From positions 53,627,615 to 53,691,614 of the forward strand of contig NC_057718.1 in the NCBI RefSeq assembly GCF_004010195.1: 64,000 nt of DNA, read 5' to 3'. The notes below the pieces were generated by a model. The model was not told the origin of the DNA. It did not search any database and was given only the letters and a program-made list of their open reading frames with translations. Shown piece after piece: positions 49,681-60,373 of this stretch. The stretch comes from Chiloscyllium plagiosum (taxonomy: Eukaryota). Made by a program: the position numbers and the translations under genes. Within the stretch, counting starts at the first letter, position 1, and each line of letters starts with the position of its first letter.

Positions 49681-51439
49681 AGCTGGGCTGGAATCATACC
49701 TTGTCTTCTCTGAAATCTTTACCACTCCTTTAATCTTGTTTCAGCTTTGATCAGTTATTTCCCTTAACTTCAACCAAGATCTGCCTCTCTGTTCATGCCC
49801 CCTTCCCTCCTTTTCAACAGCTTCAAATCCATGACTGTGAAAATCTATGGAGTCGATGATGATGATCTTTCAATTAATGGTACTGTGCAGACAGCTGCTG
49901 CTCTGCAAGTTGATAGTAGGCCATATATTCTGTAGCTCCTCATGTGCTTCTCAGACCAGCGTGAACAGGGCCTGATCGAGGCTTTTGCCCGCCACTCCTC
50001 TTCGAGTTGTTGAACTCTCCTGTGTCTATTCTCTTGTGCAACTGTCTTTGGATGTTGTACTTCCTCAGACTGTGTTTCAATAATAATTAAACTGGGGATA
50101 AGAATAAAAGCTAAAGAATCACATTTCTACCTCTCTTTAGATCTGAAAAAGAGTCATGGCGCGCGAACATTAATTCCAATTCTCTCTCTGCACATGCTGC
50201 CAGACTTTGTGAGTTTTTCCTAGCACTGTTTTTTTACTTCTGCTCTCAAACATCTGCAGTTCGTTAATTTTAATCAAACAGAAATTGACTTAAGATCAGC
50301 TTCACGGTGATCCGTGGCCAACTGGAATAGATGGAAATCAGAGACTCTTATCTGAATTTCAGACGTGTTCTCCCTGTGAGCACTGTTCCATGCTGGGAAT
50401 GCCGGATTGTAGGTTTACTCAGAATGAATTATTCAAGATATGCAAAACCTATTGTTCAAAAGGGCAACAGTGTGTCGTGAAGCTGCTCTTTGGAAACTGG
50501 CTGGTACCGATCTGAAATTTCCAGCACTGTTTATATGGGCACTCAGAGCCATTAATCAAGGTACCAATTTAGAGATTGAAAGGAACATTTCTATCACTAT
50601 ATTCCTCCTCCTTTACTGTGTTTTCTTTTTGTATTTTTGACTATTTCCAGCCTTGAATATTTGAAATGGTAAGTGTGAAATGGGAGTGACCACAGAGAAC
50701 ATAAAAACAGAAAGTAATGGAGAAACTCAGCCGGTCCGGCAGCATCTGTGGACAGGCCCGTTTTGAAGTTGACCAACAGGAGGGGTACCATCTGCAGATC
50801 TTGCCAATGACACCAATGAGAAACATTTGCAGAGGCCAGATCTGACATTAATTGTGGCTTGACCAGATCGTTCTTAAAATCGTCCATAGGGAAGTTGAAA
50901 CAACAGGGCTAAAAGTGGATAAGACCCAAAACCTGGTGCAATGATCACAATGTGCAATTGACACACTGCTGATGGACACCCCCAAACCCCCCCCAAACCC
51001 CCTACACACACCCCTCCCCAAACCCCACCCCTGACTGAGAATTGCAGGAGAGGTTTGTGGAAGATTAAGCTAACATACAATAATTAAAGCAAACTTTCAT
51101 CTTTTAAAGGAGAATTGTATCCTGGCTACAATAGATGCACATAAAAAAATACAGCTGAGGAGCAGCAGTAGAAGGTTCAGCCCCTTGAGCCTGTTCTGCT
51201 GTTCAATAATATCCTGAATGTTTCCATTCCCAATTCCACATTCCTGCCTAGCCCAATAATCCTTCACCTGTGTACTCAGCAAGAAACTATTTACCTGCAT
51301 CTTCAAAATATTCACTCTGATTCCATACCTTTTCAAGAAGAGAGCTTAAAAGATAATACATTTCACTTCACTGCTATTTTAAATGGCTGATCTCTGATTT
51401 TTAAAGTGATCCCTAGTTGTTAATTCCCCAAAAGACAAA

Positions 51440-52665
51440 TCATTTTGGTTTTATGGCAATATTGCGTTAATAGCAAACTTTACACGTTCTGCGATTGCAG
51501 TAGCAGCATGAAACAGCTAGCTTCACCTGTTGCTCAAATGTTTGTGATAGCTTACCCTTTCAGCATGATCCGAGGTAGGCAGGGCACTTTTCAGGACAAT
51601 GAGTGACTTCCTAAGGGCCTTCCATGAGTTAGGATGACATGCAGAGAGAAATGATCTGATCAGGGCAGCCAATATCCTGCAGGATACTCCCAATTTCACT
51701 AACAGCTCTGCATGGTGAACAAACGGTTCAGGCCCTATTTATGGCCAATCTTATAACCCGTGGAACTGTAGGAAACTCAATGTGTACACTGACTAGAGAA
51801 TTTAGGTTTTCATTAGCTATCTTCCTGGGCTGATTTTTCAACTAGAACACCAAGGAAAGGAAGCTCATTTCTGTGTACCATTTCAAAAGCGAAATGAGCA
51901 GGATGGTGTCCAGTCAAATTCACTATATCCTTCCAGGACATTTATCTCAGACGTTTCAACAATAGATGCTGATAGCTGTTTCACGCTGATAAAATGCACT
52001 GGCAACTCAGTTCAAACCAGAAATGACATTCTGCCTGTCACACAAATTGGTAATATGCTGTATGAACTTCAATGATCTCAAGTATGTCAGCCATTCATCC
52101 CAAAGACTGGAGGATCATATCAAACAGCATATCCATTTAGCTGTTTGCAACAAGCAGAGAACTAACCAGATCCAAACCAGCTGCACTTGCAAAAGTTACA
52201 ATTCAATATCCAACATTAGATGGAATTCTGCAAATCAACAGAATGTGCAAGGTATATTCTGACAATCAATTTGGGGTTATATGTCTTGCTCACATTATGG
52301 TGCACTTGTACCTACTGAAAATGACATATTAATATGCATGGCCTTGTTATTTGTAGATGGAAAGAGCATGTACCTGTTTCAAAATAGGTGACAACTATTT
52401 GTGGGTTCATTTTCCAGGGCAAAGTCCTGACTGGAATAATCTGCTTGGTGGGAAACTTAAGCAAAGCCTGGCTACTTAATATGAATCAGAATTAATGGAT
52501 GTGTAATTGATGATACGCCTCTACCAAACACAGTCTATTTGCCATCGAATTAGCATTTTCCTTTCATGCAGTATAAATGTTGGGTTTCTCCTTAAATTTA
52601 CATTCTTGCAACATATCCTGAAGAGTTCAAGATGGAAACCTTTGACAAAATGTTTTTTCAGCAAT
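51440..52665. mobile_element. Ancient PLE fossil with inverted halves (family D)
   Basis: Minus ~51440-51770: PEKCPAYL...SQTFEQQVKLAVS; plus ~51940-52665: DILPVTQIGNMLYELQ, KYVSHSSQRLEDHIKQH (GIY-YIG-like), ending in decayed hammerhead CTGAAGA at 52618. Confidence 0.65.
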
Positions 52666-53150
52666 GCTGAAGTTCTATACGACCATATGAAGATTTTTTT
52701 AAAAACCTTTGGTTCTTTAGCCAATTTCTTTAAATTTATATCCTCCAATTATAGATTATTTTGCCATTGGAAGAAATTTCTCCTTCTTTGCTTTGTCACA
52801 GTCCTTTTGCCTTTCAACATATCTATTGAGTTTTCTTGTGATCTTCTTACTCAAAGGACAATAATTCCAGTCTCTTTAGTTTCTCAATGTGTCTAAAATC
52901 TGACATCCCTAGTATCATTTTAGTCAATCTGATCCCCCCCCGCTCTCCCCAGTGGTTAACAAGGGGCAAGCAAATTGACCTTATAAAAAAAGTAGCAATC
53001 AATCCAGCAATTAAGATAAGATATGCAAATCAACAACTCTGAAATTTTGTCAGGAACAAGATCTTAGATAACATTATCGACAGTTAGGGAGGTACGAATG
53101 GTTTGTGTTTGTTTGATTGTTTATTGTGTCTTATAACCATGCTCCAGATC

Positions 53151-53185
53151 TACCTGATGAAGGATCAGCAATCCGAAAGCTAGAG
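53151..53185 (+). ncRNA. Minimal hammerhead motif (family B) in PLE-type tail 53110-53237
   Basis: CTGATGA (53154-53160), A, GGAT-CAGCA-ATCC, GAAA, GCTA; stem I imperfect. Confidence 0.7.
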
Positions 53186-53337
53186 CTTCCAAATAAATCA
53201 GTTGGACCATAATTTGGTGTTGTGTGATTTTAAACTTATTTCAAAATAGACATCATGAATTCTGCCTTTTACAAAATTTGCTTTCTAGACCCACAAACGT
53301 GGTTTCTAAAAATATCTTTCAAACTTAAGCTTTGCAA

Positions 53338-53896
53338 GTATAGGACATTGTATAAGTCACTTTTGGAATATTGCGTGCAATTCATGGTCTCCCTCATATA
53401 GGAAGGATGTTGTGAAACTTGAAAAGGTTCAGAAAAGATTTACAAGGATGTTGCCAGGGTTGGAGGGTTTGAACTGTAAGGAGAGGTTGAATAGACTGGG
53501 GCTGTTTCCCCTGGAGTGTTGGAGGCTGAAGGGTGACCTTATAGAGATTTATTAAATCAGGATGGGTATGGATAGGGTAAATAGACAAGAGTCCCTGACT
53601 TGAGGGAGTCCAGAACTAAAAGGCATAGGTTTAGGGTAAGCGGGAAAAAAAATTAAAAGTGATCTAAGGAGCAACATTTTCATGCAAAAGGTGGTGAATG
53701 TATGGATTGAGCTGCAAGAAGAAGTGGTAGAGGCTGGTATAATTACAACAGTTAAAAGGCATCTGGATGGGTACATGAGTAGGAAGGGTTTGGAGGCAGA
53801 TAGGACTAGATTAGTTTAGGATACCTGGTCAGCATGGACGGGTTGGACCAAAGGGTCTGCTTCCGTGCTGTACATCTTTATGACTCTATGACTCTA
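53338..53896 (+). mobile_element. CR1/HER1 3' part
   Basis: Homologous to 45270-45837 including tail. Confidence 0.9.
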
Positions 53897-56800
53897 AGTC
53901 AGTTTACACAACTCTTAAGAGTTGATGCCTGCAAATGCTTCCTCTAATTTAAAGAAGTGCTGAGACAAAGACACTTTATCTTTCTCAGAAATTATATGCG
54001 ACTGAGAGTACAATTGCCTTGAACTAGTTGTTTGAATGTCAAATTTTTCTTTAGGCAGATTTGAAGATTGTGCTTAAATGTAAAGTATAATTGTTATGGT
54101 AAAACTATCTTTAATTGAATTTATGGATAACACTCCTTAGTTGGGTACAGTTTTGAATATTTATTTCTGTTAGATTAGTCACTAGAGAGATATTTACATG
54201 TGAATTGACCATCTTTAATTACTCCATCCTCTGTGTTTTGGCACTCATTGCTATAACACAGCCCAGAATTGATTTTGATCAGCAATTTGATAATCCCAAA
54301 CTTATCCCTCAAGAAGATAATAATATCCTGGAATTATTCAGTTAGAATTGTAGATGCTGATAATGGTTAACTTACATTAGTTGTTTTTGCTATAATATGG
54401 TTATAGATGAATTGACAGAATTGTGCACGTCTGAAAACTCCTAGGAAGAAGGATACTTTAGTAATTCCAAGCCAATAGCAAGGAATGCCCACTAAATTCC
54501 TTTAGTAACCTAAAATCTCTCTCAGTTGAGGTTTTAGTTTAACAATAAATTCAGCTGATATACCTGTATCGGAGGGGTACTGATAGTTGAACCATTAACA
54601 GCTACAATGTTTCACTCATGAACTAAACACTATTTTATAAAAATTTACATAATTTTCTGGATTTTGTGTTTTATAACTTATAAATATATGGAACCCATAC
54701 ACTCCTTTAAACAACCTTTCCCATCCTCAGAGATGTATGTGCATTAGGACCAGCAATTTCAAAACTTGACTTTTTTTCTATTGCCTCTTCTCATTCTTCG
54801 TCCCAAAGCTTCTCCGTGTTCAATTTTACCAATCATCCTGAAAATTGTGATTATCCTCCTTACAGTCTGCTACACCTTACCATCTGCAAACTTTGAAGTT
54901 TTGCCTATTATACCCATGAATATGCATCCAAAAGAGCAGTGGTCCTCATTCTCCATGGGACACCACCATACTTCTGCCTCCAATCTAAAAAATAACTGTT
55001 CCCATTTACAGTCTGTGTTCTGTACCTTGGTCAATTTCTTATCCAGCTTTGCTGCTTTAATCTCATGGGCTGTAGAGGATGTGCTGAAACAGTATTCAGC
55101 AGCCTGTAATAGTCATAAATGAGGGAGCTGCCACTCAAATTTATGTGACATCTAGTCCATCAAGCATCCTTACTGAGATAACAATCAATATGCCCTCGAG
55201 AGAGAGAGCGGGGTCAGACTGTCAAAACAGCACCAGATATAGCTGACTTAGGTGCAGGCCCAGCACATGAACACCATTAGGAGATCAAATGTCACAGAAG
55301 GCTGCTATGGAAACCATGAAGTCAGACAGCTCACATACTCATCCTGCCAATACAGAAGCATTCTGGAAAAGTAATAAGTTAGGTACCATACTTCACAAAG
55401 AAATCATTAATGCTTTCATTGTGGTGAAACAGATTGAGAAAATCACAAGAACACAATTGCGTGGGTAAAATTCCTGCTTTAAGATTATTTGTACAATGTG
55501 CCTAAAATTTATACAGTCTTGTGTAGAATAATGTAAAGCACAAAATATGGCTTACCGGCCATAAGTGTGTAAGTAAAGTAAGATGTAGCAGAGTGATTAG
55601 GGTGTGATTTTAGAATGTGATTTCATATGTCCTGATATATCGCAAGGCTGGGTTGCACTACTGCTTCTGCAATTGCATCCTTATTATAATTATCAACAAT
55701 CGTACTGACATGCCTTTGGGATTCAGCCTTTCTTACTTCATAATGAGACCTCCTTGCAGTGTTAGACAGTATGTGGCAGATGGTAATGATACTTCGGGCC
55801 CTTGGGGTTAGACTGTAATGCATCTTCTAATCTGTCCAGAAACTGCAAGTACTGTTCAAATTCCCAATAGTATACTCTATAATCATCCTGGTTGTACCAT
55901 AAGCTTATTGTATCTTGTTACAACCAAGGAAGGAAAGGTCAAATGCTTCCCCTTTTTCACTCTTCTTTGATTGGCAACTACAGGTATTTTTGTTTGAAAA
56001 TAATATATTTGCTGATTCAAATCAGTACATAACTGTTCACATGCTGTGGTCACAAAATAACTAGTCAGACAAATTTTCTTGAACCAGAAGGAGACTAGTT
56101 TTATTAAACTTGGACCAATCCAAGTAAAGTAATAAGATACACATTAACTTTCCCTCTCATGCACACAGACACAAACAACAGTGTACAGAGTGGACAAGGG
56201 TACCACATACAACTCCATCAAAAACAAAGAGAATTCATGATCTGTGACTTGACAGACTTCATGTTGAATTTGATCACGTCGACTTTTCTGATATATGTTT
56301 ATATATGTTTGTGTGTGTGTGTGACTGAATTGGTTGTTCTTCTCACAACTGTGGAATGGAGGAAGTCCTTTCTTTAAAATCTCTACCTGTTTCACATGGA
56401 GAAAGAATCAACAATAGCAGGAAGGGCTCAAACCATTTTAAAAGTTCTGTAATCAAATTGTCTGACAGGTATCTCTATACAATCATACCACAGGGTTCAT
56501 CTTAAAAATGATTGCCAATGGGGATTGCACATTCAGCACAGAACATCCAAAACTAAGAGTATTCTTGGATTTCTCAATTTGTTTTGCAGCAAAAGGCATC
56601 AGAGTTATAGCTTAACAATCATTTGTTTTTCCACTTTTAGTGGAATTGAGTTGTCTGCAAGATCCTCATATTGCAAAAGATATAAATAAGCTTGAAATGA
56701 TCCAATGACACTCTATGTAATTCTGCACACATAACTATAGGCAACACACCAGTGTGACGTCCTTGATTAAAGTTTGGAATGGGGATCACTACAGCATTGT

Positions 56801-58412
56801 GACCTTATTCAACAAAGTACAGAATGGAGTGGTGAGAATTAGCAGAATCATATACCTGGTGTCCTCTGGCAATGACATAACATCAAGTATTCTCACAAGT
56901 TACACTTCCTTGGAAAGAAACAGTCTTTGTATCAATAAGCCTTCTTTCCAAGGACAATCTCACAATGGAACAAGCTGACAACAGAAATAGTCACAGCCAC
57001 ATCACTTGAATTCTTCACACCTATCTTCAATTTATTTCCATTGTCAGAACTTTCATTGTCAGAACTACCATGTCAAATCTGGACTAACTCACTCTAACCA
57101 TATAAACATTAGTTAAATCCAAATATTAGTCTGTGAATGCCAATACAACTGAAGCAGAAATGGTGTGGAGAAAGATTTTAGAAGGGGCCCCACTTAGTTT
57201 CTCAGCTGCTTGTCTAGTTCTTCTGAGCATGTGCTTAAAACACATAAAAGCCTGGTGTTGCAATTTGACTCCAATGCACAATGCATTGGTTTATATGAAC
57301 TAAAATATACAAAGGTGATGGCTTATCATGTTACCTTCATTCTCCAACTGACAGAAATTCAACCTTTCAAAGAAGCCTGCATGTCCTGGAAGAACCTTCA
57401 ACATTCAGGAGCACCTATTCCAGGGTGGATGTGTGGGGCACAAGTCTACAAAATCCACCAAAGACAACAAACTCCTGAGAAGAGTGAAAGAACTCCATAT
57501 GACCTGCAATTAGCAAGATACCTGTGGTAAGCATTGAAGGTATTCAACTGCTGGAAATGATGGAAAGCTAAATGCTTAGACAATGGGACCCTGGTCGATT
57601 ATTTTTATTCAATTTGTAGGATACACTTCTGGAGCAGATAAGTCTTGAACCCAAGCCTGCTGGCCCAGAGGAAGGGACATTACAGCTGCACTACAACAGC
57701 CCTTTTGAAACCAACTTCTGTGGACTTGCATTTGCAGGGCATGTGCATATGGTTCTGGTTTACAATCAGAATATATTCTTATCCTTCAGCAGTTCGAACC
57801 GCTCACAGACCTTCGACACTGGACTTATTTCTGGGGATGTAAGTGAAGAGGCAGTAGACAGGTGTTTAGAGGCAAAAGAAGCTCTGCATTGATTTAAGGT
57901 ATGAAAGATAATTATAATACAAGAAATAAATAATTCAATAAATTGAGGAACTTAACACCATTAAAATATAGATGAACAATAGTACTATAAAATGTACTAT
58001 TAATTAGATTACCACTATTAGAACCTTATCCTACTGACACACAGTGTTTAATTTCAGACTCTTTAATCAGGCTTCCTATCCTTGGGTCCCAATGCAGTGT
58101 CACCACCCACCTTTCCGTCCCTGCCAGCTAGGTTGGAACTTTGGTGTCTTGGGAGTTTATGCTCAACAGTCAGAAATGTAGTGTTGAAGTGCACCTGGCT
58201 TGCAGTACCCAAACCCTGGATGAAGACTTCAGACTGCCTAGGTTCTTCAGTTTGGGCTGAGTCAGCTGATGCGGTAAGATGCGTATTGGATCCACAGGGT
58301 AAGTACATGGTTTTCTTTACTTTCTGCTGGTTTGGTGGGCCTGGCTTTCATCTCAGGTTGTGTCTGAGGACTTATGGTGTCAATCGGGTCGGTTGTTTCT
58401 CAGGGTTGTCAG

Positions 58413-58570
58413 AGAGTCATAAAGATGTACTGCACAGAAACAGACCCTTTAGGCCAACTCATCCATGTTGACCAGATATCCCAAATTAATCTAGTCCCAT
58501 TTGCTAGCACTTAGTACATATCCCTCTAAACCCTTCCGAGTCATATATCCATCCAGATGGCTTTAAATGT
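58413..58570 (-). mobile_element. CR1 3' tail
   Basis: Reverse of CR1 tail. Confidence 0.8.
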
Positions 58571-58898
58571 TGTTGGTCGTTAGTTTTGCTGGCTGTGGTC
58601 GGTTGCTACGGTTCTTGCCGCCGGTTCTCTTGGTTTGAAACAGGCCAAGTCTAGAAGCTTCTGTTTGGATAGTATTGGTTGTCTTCACTGTCTTGGATGC
58701 CTTTGTTCTGATCAGGCCCTTGGTTCAGCTTCCATGTTCTCAGTTCAGCCTCTGTAGTTCTTAGGTCCAAAGCTGCTCTCGGGGGGCAGCTGCTTGTGCA
58801 GAAGCTTGGTGTTGATAAATGCCAACCTCAGGTGAGATTGGCACTGGCAGTTAGATCTTGATGTTCTCTTCTGAAGTTAATTAGCCTTCTGATAATTA

Positions 58899-59063
58899 TG
58901 AGGAAGTGAGGACTGCAGATGCTGAAGACCAGAGTCGAGTGTTTGGTGCTGGAAAAGCACAGTAGGTCAGGCAGCATCAGAGGAAGAGTTTATACCCGAA
59001 ACTTCGACTCTCCTGCTCCTTGGATGCTGCCTGACTAGTTGTGCTTTTTCAGCACCACACTCC
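58899..59063. mobile_element. Fold-back pair of PLE family A termini
   Basis: Minus arm to ~58984, plus arm from ~58989 (TATACCCGAAAC); flanks TTCTGATAATTA / TTCCGATAATTA. Confidence 0.8.
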
Positions 59064-59334
59064 AGTTTCCGATAATTAGAATATGTGTGAGTGAGTTTTG
59101 ATCAAGGCTGAACGTCAGTATCTCTGTAGGCCCCATACTGTCTGCACTGAGTATTGCCAGGTATAAAAGCTGCCTCGGGCTACAGTCAGTTAGTTTTGGT
59201 CAATTGTTCTTTTAGAAAGGAGGTATAAATTGGGATTCCAGGCTAAACAGTAGTCCCAGGCAGCAATCTCCATTCTGCTGATTGTGTTGCATATTTCCCA
59301 TAGAATCTGTATTGAACCTGGATTGAAAACAAAA

Positions 59335-60228
59335 AATGCTGGCGATTATACACTTAATGATAAGGTCGTGGGCAGTGTTGCTGAACAAAGAGACCTTGGA
59401 GCGCAGGTTCATAATTCCTTGAAAGTGGAGTAGATAGTGGTAGGTAAGCAGGAAGCAGGTAGATTGGATAGTGAAAAAAGCATTGTTGACAGTAACAGGT
59501 AAATTGTTATGCAGTTAACCAGGAAATCAACTACTAACTCTGGTACAGGCTGGAAAGCAGATAGCTAGGATAGTGAAGAAGGCGTTTGGTATGCTTTCCT
59601 TTATTGGTCAGAACATTGAGTATAGGAATTGGGAAGTCATGTTGTAGCTGTACAGAACATTTGTTAGGCCACTTTTGGAATATTGTGTGCAATTCTGGTC
59701 TCCCTCCTATTGGAAGGATATTGTGAAACTTGAAAGGGTTCAGAAAAGATTTTCAAGGGTGTTGCCAGGGTTGCAGGATTTGAACTGTAGGGCGAGGCTG
59801 AATAGGCTGGGACTGTTTTCCCTGAAATGTTGGAGGCTGAGGCTGACCTTATACAGGTTTCTAAAATCATGAGGAATATGGATAGGATAAATAAACAAAG
59901 TCTTTTCCCTGGGATGGGGGAGTCCAGAACTAGAGGGCATAGGTTTAGGATGAGAGGGTAATGATTTAAAAGGGGTCTAAGGGGCAACTTTTCCACGCAG
60001 AAGGTGATGCATGTATGAAATGAGCTGCCAGAGGAAGTGGTGGAGGCTGGTACAATTACAGTATTTAAAAGGATCGGGATGGGTATATGATTAGGAAGGG
60101 TTTAGAGGGATATGGGTTAAGTGCTGGCAAGTGGCATTAAATTAATTTAGAACACCTGGTTGGCATGGACAAGTTGGATGAGTTGAAACAGAATGATCTG
60201 TTTCCGTGCTTTACGTTTCTATGATTCT
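59335..60228 (+). mobile_element. CR1/HER1 3' part with a foreign 70-bp insert
   Basis: Homologous to 45090-45837; insert at 59483-59552. Confidence 0.9.
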
Positions 60229-60232
60229 ATTA

Positions 60233-60373
60233 TAGCAGGTCAGGCAGCATCCATGGAGATAAAGCAAGTTAACGTTTGAGTCGAGATGACTCTTCATCAA
60301 AGCTCCATCAGGCTCTTCATCTAGATTCAAAATATTGGTTTGCTTTCTATCCGTGGATGCTGCCTGACCTGCT
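60233..60373. mobile_element. Fold-back pair of PLE-type termini (family E), decayed hammerhead
   Basis: AGCAGGTCAGGCAGCATCC...GGATGCTGCCTGACCTGCT inverted arms; minus TTGATGA-A-GAGTC-ATCTC-GACTC-AAACGTT. Confidence 0.7.

Noticed and set aside
55917..56348. Second solo LTR (TGTTACAAC...CA)
   Set aside because: No matching TSD and right boundary undefined
57039..57066. 13-bp direct repeat with 15-bp period as an empty PLE-type TSD
   Set aside because: No element sequence between the copies; replication slippage explains it equally well
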